Shown: positions 24,201 to 39,168, counted from the stretch's first letter. The stretch is 64,000 bases of DNA from Eledone cirrhosa (GCA_964016885.1 OZ024742.1:217806001-217870000), one strand, 5' to 3'. The notes: generated by a model not told the origin, from the sequence alone. Numbers and translations are program-made.

Positions 24201-26980
24201 TCATCGCGACCGACGTACGTGCGGCGAAATTGGCCCTTGACCAATTCTTCAATGCAAAGCACGAAGGCTGCGTTGTCAGAGCTAGGGTGCATGCTCTCAG
24301 ACACGAGGGGACGAAAGCCGTTCAATGGGCCCGAGTGGCGGAGGCGCGTCGTGGCAACAAAGCCACGATCCGGTCTTTGGTGGACCACGACGGGCGCATA
24401 CTACTCGATCCCGGGCAAATGTGTGAAGCTTTTCAGCGACACTTCGCTCAGCTGTTCAGCGGCAGCGGCGGGCCGGATCGAGGGATGGAATTTAGTGTCT
24501 ACCTCGACGGACTGCCGTAGCTCTCGGCCACTGAGGCGGAGTGTTGCGAAAAGCCGATAACAGCCGCTGAAGTACGGAGGCAATGACTGGCTGCACAAGG
24601 GGTAAATCGCCTGGTTTGGATGGTCTGCCCTATGAACTTTACGAACAGATGCCAGACTTGTTCGGAGGCCTCTTGGCGGACGTCTACTGCAACTGGCAAC
24701 AGGACGGGAGAATTCCCAGCTCTGTGAGCCGAGGAGTTGTGGCGCTGCTGAGAAAGGATCCGAACAAAGGGGATAACATAGATAATTTCAGGCCCATAAC
24801 TTTGCTAAACACAGAGTTCAAGATTTTGGCCAAGGTGCTAACAAAAAGGTTGGCGCTTGTCGTTGGTGGTCTGGTGGGAGAGGCGCAGACATGCGCCATT
24901 CCCGACAGATTCATCCACGACAACCTCCACCCCATGCGATACATCGTCGAGAGGGTAGCTAGGGAACCTGGCACGAGTGGGTCCTTGATCAATTTAGATC
25001 AGTCGAAAGCTTTCGATAGGGTCGACCATCGTTACCTAGCGGCAGTCATGAGAGCGGCTGGTTTTGGGCCCGTCTTCAGAGGCTGGATCGCTGCCATGCA
25101 CAGCGACATCTGCTCTGTGGTGAGAGTAAACGGTCACCTTTCGGAACCGTTCGACATCATGCGCTCGGTCCGCCAAGGATGTCCCCTCTCGTCCCTCTTG
25201 TACGTATTGACTCTCGAGCCATTACTGCACAAACTGGAGACGTTGAGGGGGGGGGGGGGTCCTGCGCAAACTAGGATGCGGAAGATCCGTGTCAGTATAT
25301 GCAGATCAGATGATGTCACCGTAGTGGTGTCGAACGCCAAACACATCGAGGCGATCGGCACTACACTAAGAGAATACGAAGCGGTGACAGGAGCAATGAT
25401 CAACCAGGAAAAGTCAGTGGGCCTGCAGCTCGACACCTGTAGAGGCAGGTTCATGCCGTCCAACATCGTCGTCGGGCGCTGGACGGACGGACCGGTTAAA
25501 TTGCTAGTGGTCTGGTTCGGTCCGGACCTTCAGACGGACAAAAACTGGGACGAGGTGACGAGAGGGTGGCTTCTCTCACCCAGAAATTGGCGGAGAGGAA
25601 GCTATCCCTGAAAGGTCGAGCGGAGGTGGCTAACGCGTACATCGCGTCCGTCATCTACTACCACCTGACCGTCGTACCTTGTCCTAAGCCTCGCCTGCCT
25701 GCGCTGGAGCGTTTGCTCTTTCGCTTTTTGTGGAAGGGACACGCTCCGATGGTCAGGCGGTCCATCTGCTGTCAACACCCGCTACGTGGAGGCTGGGCAT
25801 GCCGTTGCTGATGATGCGCAGACACGCACTCAGGCTACGACATCTCCACCTCTTCCTCGACGGTGATCAGGTGTGGTCGCCGTTTGCTAGACGCGTCTTT
25901 CCCCAGCTCGCCTCCTTGACGGAGCTGCAGTCCTGGGTCAAGCGAAGACCGAGGGGGAGCGCTTGGAGACTGGAATGTCTTCAGGCGCTCACAGCCCTCG
26001 ACCAATCGGGCAATGTGATCGGTGGAAACTCCACCTTGTCGTTATATAGAGGATTAGTGGAGGGGAAGAGCGACGACGTACTTGGGGAAACTCTAGGCGT
26101 CGACGAAAATCAACTAGCCAATCTCTTCGGAAGAACTTTCGGGCCGGGGCCAATGGACAACTTCCAGAAATCCCTGTCCTGGCAGTGCTACCGAGGAGTT
26201 TTGCCAGTTCGGGATAAACTCTACAGGCATGGAGGTGCCGCCAGCCGGGCATGTCCGAGATGCGCGCAGGGCGACGAAACCGCCCAGCACGCACTCGTCC
26301 AGTGTCCGAGCATTGCTGACTTGTGGGTTTATGTCGAACACCTGCTGTCGCGTGTAGGACGGATCCAGCTATCAGCTGAGTCCATCGTGAGGATTGTCCC
26401 GCCCTCTTCCTTTAGCCGGGAAGGGCAGGCAATTTTTATCTGTCTGGTGGCCATGGCGAAAGAGATAATATGGTGGACACGTTTGAAAGGGCTGAAGACG
26501 AGCACTTACCTCTTCGGTGATGCCCTGATTAACTTTTTCAAATTTCATTTGAAAAGGAAAATAAGGGTAGAGAGGGAAGTGCTCTCTTCCCAGCATTTTG
26601 TTGAAAGATGGGTGAGAGAGGCAAGAATGGCCCGAGTGAATGGGGCTACTCTGAGTATGTGTCTGTAAATTAAAGATGGAAAACTGGGAGAGGGCACTTG
26701 CCCTGGTGGTCAGGGTCACTGTGGCTTTTTAATGGGCTTTCTCCACGAATGTCCCTCGGAAGTCTCCCCCCTATTGGTGAATTTTTCATTGTTATCTTTT
26801 TTTGTTACATCCTCTGTTTTTGTTTTTACACGCAGAAATGCCCATTTGTACCGTCCTGTATTGTCCTGTACTGTCCTTAATGTCTACTTTATGTAAACCC
26901 TTGTGGTTAATAAAGAAAGCATTATTATTATTATTAAAATAAATAAATAAATAAATAAAGAATTCATTATTATTATTATT
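21206..26980 (+). mobile_element. Near full-length L1/Tx1-type LINE, copy 1 (disrupted)
   Basis: ORF1 ~21285-23205 with zinc knuckle CFNCGSKSHLRAFC, ORF2 23239-26668, 3' AATAAA plus (ATT)n tail. The 5' boundary is approximate. Confidence 0.92.
23239..26668 (+). pseudogene. ORF2: AP endonuclease, reverse transcriptase, C-terminal zinc finger; frameshifted
   Basis: SINVRGL, ISET, GDWNG, SYLDRV, TDHK, KSPGLDG, FRPITLLN, DQSKAFDRV, RQGCPLS, CPRC..ETAQHALVQC. Confidence 0.95.
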
Positions 26981-29900
26981 GAGTCTGAATGGACGTCTTT
27001 TTGATCGCTCCCGTAAGTTCACTTATTTACCTATCAAAACTGATTTATTGAATTTTTGTTGTTGTGTAAGCCCCTGGACTTTTTGCCCTGTGAAGGATAA
27101 AGAATAATATTTGGGCCTTTTGGCCCAAATATTTGAACTTTTTTTCAATTTTAAAAAATTATCGAGGAAAAAAAAAAAAAACATGGCTGAGTCACGCCAT
27201 CCAGCGATATGTCTGCTGTCGTGCGACAACGACGTACAAGTTGAGAGGAGCGCTACAGCGAAATCAACACAAATTGATAACACAAACACCACCACAAACG
27301 ATGTAAACAAAGACACCAATGATAACACTGAGAACTCTAATTTTGAAAAAAATGACAGTAACAGCGACAACGAAAATACAGATAACAAAAAAAAAAATAT
27401 GATAAATGCAACAACAATATCAACACCACTAACATGAAAACAAATAGCGACAACACCAACAGCAACAATACCAACTGCACCGAGAACAACGGTGGCAACA
27501 AAGACAACAATGATAACAGCGACAGTGATAACAACAACACCAACAAGAACAACGAAAACAAGAAGAACACTTTCGCTGCGGCAGCAGCAAAAAAGAGGCC
27601 ATGCTTCAACATGGACCTCTCAAAGATGAAAAGTTGGCCCAGACATGGAAGCTCATCAAGCAAGAGCAAACCTGGGCCAACTTAACTGTACCGGTAGAAG
27701 CTATTGAGGCAGTGGAGCGCAGAACGGTGCATTATAGATGCATCTCAGCACAAAACAAAATGTCAGCTTTAATCCCACAAGCAGATGTCGAAGTCGCGCT
27801 GAGGTGCATCAGAGAAGACACTGAATACATAGAGAGGGGCAGACAGTACGGCACCATTTCGGTGCTGTTCAAGTCAGAAGCCCTCGCTATGAAACACGCT
27901 ATGACTCCTTGCAAAACCAGCAAGGTCATAATGTACCCCTCACACATGGGAAAAAGAACGGCCCGTCTAAGCATTCCCAGAATCCACCAGAACTTGACAT
28001 GTGGTGGCTTCTGGGATGTGTGATTGTGGAGGGGACGGATACCGTCCCGATAGAAGTGACCAGAACGGCCAGAGAGGACGGGTCCGGGGTTGAACTGGAG
28101 ATCCTTCTCCAGATAAGGCCGGAGAATGTGAAGACAATCCCGGACCACATCCGCCTTCAGAATGGGACGGTCATTCATATTATGACCGGAGGGCAAAAGG
28201 CCGCATTGATTTGTTTGTGGGGAAAAAACCCATTTGCGATCCTCTGCCCTCAACTGCTGAAAGATGCAAGGGTCGAAAGGCTCCACTGTTGCCGACGCCG
28301 AGGCGAGGACCACAACCAACACCAGCACCGGCAAAACCACCAACAAAAACACCAATAGAAAGACCACCACCAACATTGACCACCCAGGGGGGAAACGAGG
28401 AAAGCTGTCAATTTCCCCCTCCCCCCAAAAAATACATACACCAATAAAACCATAAACACACTTACAGACACACTTACAGACACAGACCCCCCTCATCTAC
28501 CAGTAGTGAAGATGAGGGCAAACCAAATCCCCCAAAATACAAAAAAGGAAACACAAAAAGAAAAAGAAAACTCAACAAAGCACAAAATCACCCACAATGA
28601 AAAACGTAGACACCACCCACGCAAACACCTCTCCAATAACACCAACATCAACACCACCATCACCATCACCAGAATCCCCCAAACGCAAACAACCTAAATA
28701 GACGCAAGAACAAATATACACACAAACATCTGAAACCACAGACACCGCACTCACAACAAATACAGACACAACCGAAACAACACCACCAAAACCATCACCA
28801 CCACAGCCACGCAAACAAATAAAATCACACCAACCAAACATACAAAACTTCGTGCTCGTCAGGAGGGCCAACGAGGAACTGACGGCCCTCGTAGCACGAA
28901 GTGAAAATATACAAAAAGAGGGGGAAATTTTTAAATCGAGCACATTTCGCGTGCCGGAAGATTTGTTTCTGGTGCGAATGTCGCTCGATTTATACAAAGA
29001 AATACGAGACAGCTTTCCTCGGGACGTGGGAACCCCGAACGTAAAACCCACTTCAAGACTTTTAAAGGGGTTCCAAAAGAAACCCTACCAACTATGGAGG
29101 TCGAACCACCCGACCTTCACAAGAGCCCGGAAGTAAGTAAACATTTCCTCTTTCTCTTTTTAACCTGCCAACATGGCCGTATTAAGAGTAGGAAGTTTAA
29201 ATGTTCGAGGCCTGGGATCGTCCTGGAAGCAGTGTCACCTGCTCAACGACCTCAGGTCTCTAGAAATGGATGTAATTGCCGTCAGCGAGACCAGGATTTC
29301 CGACACGCGCGCACTAGCCCCCATTTTCGACGACTATCAGATCTTTGCATCTGTTAGCCGGCCGGGAATGGGAGGCGGGTGGCAGTGCTGTTTAGGAAAG
29401 GCCTGGATCTCGAGGTAAGGTCGATCTTCCGGGACCCGGACGGGAAGTTGGTGGTCCTGGACGTGAACAATAACGAAGGTGGTGCCTTTAGACTGGTGGC
29501 CGTCTATGCTCCTGCTGGGGCAAGACGGCCGGACTTCTTTAGACGCCTGGAAGCCTTTCTGGGTACGTCTCGCCCTTTACTGCTAGCGGGGGACTGGAAC
29601 GGCATCTTAGACGGACGCTGGGACTGTGTGGGAGTATCCGATAGGAGCGGGGGGTGCAAAAGCCTTAAGAACCTGATCAGCCAGTTCCAACTGTCTGACA
29701 GGTACCGACTAGATTTCCCTAATGCGCCAGTGTGGACCTGGATTAACCGCATAGGGTAATCTAGATCGTATATAGACAGGATATTCATTAGGAAAATAGA
29801 CAGAAATAGTGTAAGCTGTCCACGTTTTGAAACGGTCGTCTATTCAGATCACAAGTTTGTGATCTGTATGGTCGACCTAGATAAGACGCATAGGTTAGGA

Positions 29901-32846
29901 CCTGGTTACTGGAAGCTAAACATGTCATTTCCGGCACGTAAGGCTTACAGGGACCAGGTCAACAATTTAGTTAAGAAAAAGTTGACAGGGGGGAGTCGTC
30001 AACAATAGATGGTGGGGAGCTCTCAAAAGAGAGATTAGAGTAATGTCAATAGAGTTTAGCAAAGAAGTAGCGTTAGAGAAAAATAGAAAGGAGGGGGAGC
30101 TGGTAGATAAGTTAGACGAGGCTATTGGTAATGGCATTGCAACTGACGTGCTAGCGGCGAGAATGGCATTAGACCATTTCTTCAATGCGAAACACGAAGG
30201 TTGCATTGTTAGAGCTAAGGGGTGTGCTCTGAGAAACGAGGGAACCAAAGCTGTTCGATGGGCCCGCGTGGCAGAGGCGGAGCGTGGTAATAAAACCACG
30301 ATTCGGTCTTTGACGGACCGAGACGGACAAGAGCTGAGCGATTCCAAGAGGATGTGTGAGGCCTTTCGCCAACATTTTGCTCGGTTGTTCGGGGGAAGTG
30401 GCGGGTCTGAGATGGTGGCGGACTTCAGTCCCTACCTCGATGGCTTGCCGCAACTCTCGACGGCTGACGCTGGGCGCTGCGAAAGGCTAATTACTTCAGC
30501 CGAGATTCAGGATGCCCTTATCGGCTGCATGAGGCGCAAGTCACCCAGTTTGGATGGTCTGCCCTACGAGTTTTACGTAAATATGCCAGACTTGTTCTCC
30601 AATCTCCTCGAAGCCCTCTACTGCAACTGGCAGCAAAACGGGAGTATTCCCAGTTCTGTGAGCCGGGGCGTAGTGACGCTGATAAGGAAAGACGAGAATA
30701 AGAGGGACACATTAGACAATTTCAGGCCCATAACTCTGCTCAACACAGAGTTTAAGATTTTGGCCAGGGTGTTAGCGAAGAAGTTGGCGCTTGTCGTCGG
30801 GAATTTGGTTGGGGAGGCGCAAACTTGCGCAATCCCAACCAGGTCCATACACGACAACCTCCACCTAATGCGATACATCATAGAGAGGGTAGGGTGTAAA
30901 CCTGGCTTCGGTGGGGCTCTGATCAATTTAGATCAATCGAAAGCATTCGATAGGGTCGACCATCGGTACCTGGAGGCTGACCTCAAGGCGGCTGGCTTCG
31001 GCCCCGTCTTCAGAAACTGGATCGCTGCAATGCACAGCGGCACCTGCTCGATGGTCAAAATTAATGGCCACCTCTCGGAACCGTTTCAGGTCTCCCGATC
31101 GGTCCGTCAAGGGTGCCCTCTCTCCTCCCTTCTGTACGTATTGACTCTCGAGCTTTTACTGCGGAAGCTGGAGCTGTTGAAGGGCATCCCGCTCGAACCG
31201 GGACGCGGAAAGGCTGTGTCGGCTTATGCGGCCGACATCACCGTGATGGTGTCGGACACTTCAGAAATCGAGGTGGTCGGCAACTTATTGGAGGAATATG
31301 AAAGGTTGACGGGAGCAAAACTTAACCCGGAAAAGTCGGTGGGCTTGCAACTCGGCACCTGGAGAGGCAAGTCCATGCCGTCCAACAGCGTCGTTAGGCG
31401 CTGGACGGACGGACCGGTAAAGTTGCTAGGGGTTTGGTTCGGGCCAGACATCCAGGTGGATAAGAATTGGGACGAGGTGACGGGAAGGGTAGCCAGTCTC
31501 ACCCAGAAATGGGCTGGGATGAAGCTATCACTGAAAGGTCGGGCGGAGGTGGCGAACGCGTACATCGCGTCCGTCATCTACTACCGTCTGACCGTCGTCC
31601 CTTGTCCCCGTTCGCGCCTCGCCATCTTGGAGCGGCTCCTCTTCAAATTCTTGTGGAGGGGTCAGGTTCCGCTGGTGAGGCGGTCCATCTTCTGCCAGCA
31701 CCCTCTGGCTAATGATGCGCAGGCACGCGCTGAGGCTGCGGCATCTCCAGATATTTTGCCTAAACGGTGAACAGGTGTGGTCGCCGTTTGTCAGACGGGC
31801 CTTTCCGCAGCTCGTTTCTTTGACTGAGCTGCAGTCCTGGGTCAAGAAGAGACCGAGACTGGGTGACTGGCATCTGGAATGTTGCCAGGCACTCACGGCC
31901 CTCTACCAGACGGGCAATGCGGTCAGTGGAACTTTCATTCTCGAGTTCTATAGAGGATTAGTGGTAGGCAAGTGCGACGACGCACTCGGAGAGGCTCTGG
32001 GGGTCAACGAAGTCGAACTAACCAGTCTGTACCTGAGGACTTCCGAGCCGGGGACGATGGATAATTTCCAAAAATCCCTCGCTTGGCAGTGCTACCGGGG
32101 GGCACTGCCGGTTCGAGATAAACTCTACAGGCACGGAAGTGCTGTCAGACGGACCTGCCCGAGATGCGCGCAGAGCGACGAAACCGTTCTGCACGCACTC
32201 GTCCAGTGTCCGTGCATTACTGATTTGTGGAATTATGTCGGACAGCTGTTGTCGCGTGTAGAACGGATCCGGCTATCGGCCGAGTCCATAGTGAAGATCG
32301 ACCCGCCGCCTTCTTTTGGCCAGGAAGGGCAGGCAATTTTCCTCTGTCTGGTGGCAGTAGCGAAAGAGGTTTATGGTGGACGAGGTTGAAAGGACTGAAG
32401 ACAGACGCTTTTCTCTTCGGCCAATCCCTCATCAACTTTTTCAAGTTTCACTTGGAAAGGAAGGTGAGGGTGGAGAGAGAAGTGCTGCCCCCTAGTACAT
32501 TTGCTGAAAGGTGGGTGACTGTGGCGACAATGGCCCGTGTGAGTGGGCCTACTCTGGTCATGTGGCTTAAGGTAGGTAAATTTGAGGAGGAAAGGGGTGC
32601 CCTTCCAGGGTGCTCTCGAAGCGTCGGGTCGTTTCATGATTGGTGGGGTACCTGAGCGAACCCTGGGTGGTCATCCCCCCTATTGGGGAATTTTTTCTTG
32701 TAATTTTCTTGTTACTTTGTTATTGTTATTCATATTGTTTACTCGATTTTTCTGTAAAACCCCACTGTCCTAGTCTTTTGTATTGTCCCCTATATGTCGG
32801 CCCTTGTGGCAAATAAATGAAATCATTATTATTATTATTATTATTA
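26981..32846 (+). mobile_element. Near full-length L1/Tx1-type LINE, copy 2 (distinct subfamily, disrupted)
   Basis: Begins GAGTCTGAATGGACG directly after the (ATT)n tail of copy 1. ORF1 ~27183-29136, ORF2 from 29173, 3' AATAAA plus (ATT)n. Confidence 0.92.
29173..32570 (+). pseudogene. ORF2: APE-RT-zinc finger; frameshifted, YADD mutated to YAAD
   Basis: SLNVRGL, VSET, GDWNG, FRPITLLN, KAFDRV, RQGCPLS, AYAADIT, CPRC..ETVLHALVQC. Confidence 0.95.
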
Positions 32847-33036
32847 TTTCATTTATTTGCCACAAGGGCCGATTATTATTATTATTATTATTAGTATTAT
32901 TGCCAACATGGTGGATTATAATGATTAACACGAAGAATTAGAAGATTAGGAAAAATATTCAAAATGGTACATTAATGTGAAAATCACTTGGCTCTATACT
33001 AAATGTTGAAACGCCATTTGGCAAATTAGTGTCATA

Positions 33037-33131
<95 letters not shown>

Positions 33132-33339
33132 ATGTGTATTGAACATATATATGCGATACATATACACACATATACTATATATGCCATGCGTATAGTAGAA
33201 TTTACACATATATTTATAATTGGGAAATTAAAATATGTGAGAACGTATACAACATTGATGCAAGTGTGTATATAAATATATGTGCGTGTGTAAATAGATG
33301 TAATTATAAAAGCATACAAACATGCATACAAACATACAC

Positions 33340-33380
<41 letters not shown>

Positions 33381-33490
33381 TATGTGTGTGTGTGTGTGTG
33401 TGTGTATGTATTTATATGTATGTGTATATATATATATATATATTTGTATATACATATGCATGTATGTGAATATATATGTATGTTTGTATG

Positions 33491-33566
<76 letters not shown>

Positions 33567-33680
33567 TGTAATATGATAATTGAGTTTTTGCGAAACACGA
33601 ACATCTGTGAAAGGAATGTAATAAAGCAGCTTAGAAAGTTGGTGTGAGAAATAAAATTATAAATATATATACACACACAA

Positions 33681-33755
<75 letters not shown>

Positions 33756-33786
33756 AACCGAAATACGATTCTCGCTGAATTTATAT

Positions 33787-33835
<49 letters not shown>

Positions 33836-33863
33836 CATACATATATATATATACATACATATA

Positions 33864-33927
<64 letters not shown>

Positions 33928-33939
33928 CATACATTACAT

Positions 33940-34004
<65 letters not shown>

Positions 34005-34038
34005 CATACATTACATATACATACATACATACATACAT

Positions 34039-34080
<42 letters not shown>

Positions 34081-34358
34081 GTGTGTGTATGTAGGATTTT
34101 TATTGGGTGTGACTAAAGCATAATGAAATAACGGCAAGATAATGTGACATTTGACAGCAGCTGTAAACAACCATCTGTGGTGAGTATGGTGTTTAACGAT
34201 TAGTAAGTTGGATATAACCATTCAACTGTTAATTACGTAATACACACACACATTCACACACATTCACACACATTCACACACATTCACACACACATACACA
34301 CGCACATACAAACGCATACTAATTCACATTTTACGAACAACCCCACAATCGTAGTACG

Positions 34359-34451
34359 GTATGTATGTATGTATGTATGTATGTATGTATGTATGTATGT
34401 ATGTATGTATGTATGTATGGAAGTATGTATGTATGTATGTATGTATGTATG

Positions 34452-34482
<31 letters not shown>

Positions 34483-34610
34483 GAATGTATGTATGTATGT
34501 ATGTATGTATGTATGTATGTATGTATGGAAGTATGTATGTATGTATGTATGTATGTATGTATGTATGTATGTATGTATGTATGTATGTATGTATATATGT
34601 ATGTATGTAA
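34359..34610. repeat. (TATG)n tetranucleotide microsatellite
   Basis: Direct inspection. Confidence 0.95.
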
Positions 34611-34631
34611 TGTATATATTTATACTGTATA

Positions 34632-34670
<39 letters not shown>

Positions 34671-34673
34671 ATG

Positions 34674-34733
<60 letters not shown>

Positions 34734-35674
34734 CATGCATGCATGAGTGCGTTTGTATACATAAACAAAGATATATAATCTGTGTGCATGTGTGTCAATG
34801 TGTAAGTGTGTGTGTGTGTGTGTTTAAACATGCACGCAATCACACATAAATGAATGAGGTTTGGAACGTTTTTTTCCTCCATTTTCTAAATATCAGTGTA
34901 TATATAATACAGCATCTGTAAGTAACTTGTTACTGTGATTCTACTAACCTAACCTAACATGTGCAGATATATGTAGATGTAGTCTTGTGTTGTTGTTGTT
35001 GTTGATAGTGGTGGTGGACTGGTAGAAAATGAATCAGAATGTGGTATTTAATTTTGTGGGTTCGTAGATTTAATACCTCGCCGGCTAAGCACCGCCATCT
35101 TATCGTTGGGTAACTCTGAAAGAGTCAACTCAGTAACAGACATCCAAATCCAGACATGTTTTTGTGTGAATACCATTCCCCCTCATCTCACTAATGTTGA
35201 AGGCTCGGAAAATGTTCATAAGTGGAGCTCTTCTTCCTTTGATTAAAAAAAAAGCAACAACATGGATCTCCGTCACTTTCGATGATGAATGTTCCAGTTT
35301 TTCAGTCAACAGAATGGCCCATACGCTAAATTAACGTTTAAGTGGTTGAGTATTTCACAGACACATGTATTCTTAACATAATTCTCAGGAAGATTCAGTG
35401 TGACACGTTGTCTGACAAGGTGGGACATTTGAATTACAGATACAATCCATACGATACGGTCTACCCAATTTCCAAACAGTTTCGGTCTACCAAATCTCAC
35501 CCACAAAGCTTATCAGGGATGACCTTAAACTTTTATAGATTTTGTGAACAAACTGTTCCTACTGAAAGCTTATTTACATATAATGTAAGATTGACTATCT
35601 AGTTTTAATTAGCAATAACACTGACACAGCGTGATTCAGAATAAAGGTCTATGATGGCTCATACACAATATGTT

Positions 35675-35890
35675 TGGTTTCTGATTTAGGCACAAGGCCA
35701 AGAATTATGAGGGAGGGGAAAGTCAATTAAATCTACCCCAGAGCGTTACTGGTACTTTATTTTATAGACCCTGTAAGGATGAAGAGCAAAGCTAACCTCA
35801 CTGGGATTTGAACTAAGAACATAAAGTGACGTAACTATATGCCACAAAGCAGGTTGACCGACGCTTTACCGATACTGCCAATCCACCTTA
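35675..35890 (-). mobile_element. Main-family SINE
   Basis: GGCACAAGGCC...CTGGTACTTTATTTTATAGACCC...GGATTTGAACT. Confidence 0.85.
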
Positions 35891-36111
35891 TATGTTATAT
35901 AATAAAGATATTTAATCTCGTCGCATGAGGATTTAAGGTAGGTTTAATATACATATACTAATAGACATTGAATTAGGAACATTTGCTGCGAAAAGAATGA
36001 TAGTTATTCTTTATTCTTTTATTCATTAAATTTGGTGGGGCATCACCTTGAGTTAGCCGATCACACCGACCCCTGTACTTAGTTTATCAATCTATTTTAA
36101 GTTATATAATG

Positions 36112-36194
<83 letters not shown>

Positions 36195-36335
36195 CTATTA
36201 TATATCCGGGACTTCTGCCGTTTAAATCTATCGAATTGCACTTACAAGGCATTGGTCAGCCTGAAGCCATAGTAGAAGACAATTGCGTAAGGTACCGCAC
36301 AGAAGGATTGAACCCAAAACTATGTGGCCGCAGAT

Positions 36336-36367
<32 letters not shown>

Positions 36368-36539
36368 GAGTATATATAAGTATAAGTATGCCAATGTGTG
36401 TGCATATGTGTTTATATATGCCATTATATATATATATATATATATAAAGGAACGATCGACTTTCGCCAAATCGGACCGAGGGAACAATGTTTCCGTTGGT
36501 CTTTCCAATTGCTAATACTATCTATCGGTCGCAACTCCA

Positions 36540-36660
36540 GGTAGAAGGAGCAACGTGAAATAAAGTGTCTTGCTCAAAGACATAACGCATCGCCTGGTCA
36601 AGGAATCGAACTCACAACCTTACGATTGCGAATCCAATTCTCTAACCACTGAGCCACATA
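36540..36660 (-). mobile_element. tRNA-derived SINE head (third family)
   Basis: Minus reads GTGGCTCAGTGGTTAGAG (A box)...GAGTTCGATTCC (B box)...CTTTGAGCAAGACACTT. Confidence 0.75.
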
Positions 36661-36784
36661 TGTATATATATATATATATATATATTGCCATTATATGTAT
36701 GTATATATATATATATATGTGTATATATATGTATATATATATATGTATATATATATGTATGTATGTATATATATATATGTATAT

Positions 36785-37390
36785 GTCAGGTCACCACTTG
36801 GTGCTACTGGTAACATGTATTCCAGTACAACCTGTCCCATGGTCGGGTCGTTGGCGACTAAACTGGCAACCCCACTAAGGTTTCTTGGTGAGGAGGGTGA
36901 CTTTGGACATCCTGCAGGACTAAAAACAAAACCTGTCAAAGGGCAAAGGAGCTATTAATAGTCAATGGCCATCCAAAATCACCGGGAGAGATGACCCCTT
37001 AGCCTTTGTCAAGGCAGAATTCTAGGAGAAGGAAAACTCTGATATAACACCTGTAACTCTGATGGTATCCAATGATGTTGACTTGTTCTTCTTTTTGGTA
37101 AATATCATCTTGGTTAAGAGAGTGGGACTGGCTTTGTGCAGTGCCTTTGCTCACTATAAAAGCTTCACGGCACAGGCATTGCTTTATATCTGGAGATCTC
37201 TCTGCACTTGTCGTCACATGGTACCATGGGCCTAGCACTATGGGTCAATAATTGTCACAAGTGTAGTGTTTGTACCAGAGTTTTCAAGTCGCTGGCTGGA
37301 CTAAAGTCACATTCGTTCAGCGCATCGGTAGAAGTTCTCCTACATGGATATAAAGTAGTGGCCATACTCGAAAACGAGTTGGCAGCCACC

Positions 37391-37392
<2 letters not shown>
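36785..37392 (+). mobile_element. Internally deleted RTE-like element in (TA)n
   Basis: CTAAACTGGCAACCC motif near the 5' end, terminal C2H2 finger, 3' hairpin CTCGAAAACGAG before the simple-repeat tail. Confidence 0.5.
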
Positions 37393-37489
<97 letters not shown>

Positions 37490-37491
37490 CA

Positions 37492-37562
<71 letters not shown>

Positions 37563-37663
37563 GTATATATATGTATGTATATATATATATATGTATATGT
37601 GTATATATATGTATGTATATATATATATATGTATATGTGTATATATATATACACATATATATG

Positions 37664-37801
<138 letters not shown>

Positions 37802-37809
37802 TATATGTG

Positions 37810-37845
<36 letters not shown>

Positions 37846-37846
37846 T

Positions 37847-37969
<123 letters not shown>

Positions 37970-38164
37970 TATATATATATACATACATACATATAATGGC
38001 AATTTCTGTGAGGAATTTCTGTACATTTCCCAGAAAACTACTAAGTAGATTTTATATAGCCAGCTGAGGGAAAGTAGCGGGAGGAAGAAGCTCGCAATAT
38101 ATTCGTCTGTTTCAAGTTATGTTAGACGAGAATCACATCTGGACACTAATGACGTAACACATTA

Positions 38165-38209
<45 letters not shown>

Positions 38210-38364
38210 ATATATATTAGAGAGTTAAACAAGATTCAATGAGTACATCAAAGAATAAGTTTTACAGTAGATTGGAAGCACTCTACAGTGAAAAAATAAT
38301 TTTCCAGAGTTATTAATATTAAAATATAAATATTAATAAAATAGATGTTCTTTTGATCAATTAA

Positions 38365-38417
38365 ATTTTATTATACATATTTCTGAGGTACAACAGTACG
38401 TCCTCATCAGACAAAAT
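38365..38417 (-). ncRNA. Hammerhead ribozyme, family G (helix II imperfect)
   Basis: ATTTTGT-CTGATGA-ggacGTAC tgtt GTACctca-GAAA-TATGTA-TA-ATAAAAT; homologous to 60653-60717. Confidence 0.6.
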
Positions 38418-38562
38418 ATAATGATACATGACATACCCTGAGATGTTAAATGGTTAAGATTTAATCAAGATTTAATATATAGTTAATATATATATATATA
38501 TAAAGAATACATATATATATATATTTAATATATATATTAAATATATATATATATATATATTA

Positions 38563-38662
<100 letters not shown>

Positions 38663-38672
38663 GGTGTATCTA

Positions 38673-38865
38673 AAATTAATATATAGATTCCCTAGTTGTG
38701 TAGGGGGTAACCAGAGTTAAAAAGGTACTCAAAGCATTGGTAGAGTATATGCATCTTTATTATATGTATACGAGAAAAATGACTTCCACAGGACTAGAAC
38801 TGTTTCATTCGTATGATGATTCCATATGAATGAAACAGTTCTCGTCATGTAGAAGTCATTTGTCT
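38673..38865. mobile_element. Diverged family A-related mini fold-back insertion with degenerate hammerhead (ATGATGA core)
   Basis: CAGGACTAGAACTGTTTCATTC...GAATGAAACAGTTCTCGTCATGTAGAAGTC inverted arms; tail on the left arm. Confidence 0.7.
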
Positions 38866-38878
38866 CTTTCTCTCTCTC

Positions 38879-38935
<57 letters not shown>

Positions 38936-38955
38936 CATATGCACATATATATATG

Positions 38956-38997
<42 letters not shown>

Positions 38998-39017
38998 CAT
39001 ATGCACATATATATATG

Positions 39018-39077
<60 letters not shown>

Positions 39078-39096
39078 ATATATATATGTATATATA

Positions 39097-39168
<72 letters not shown>

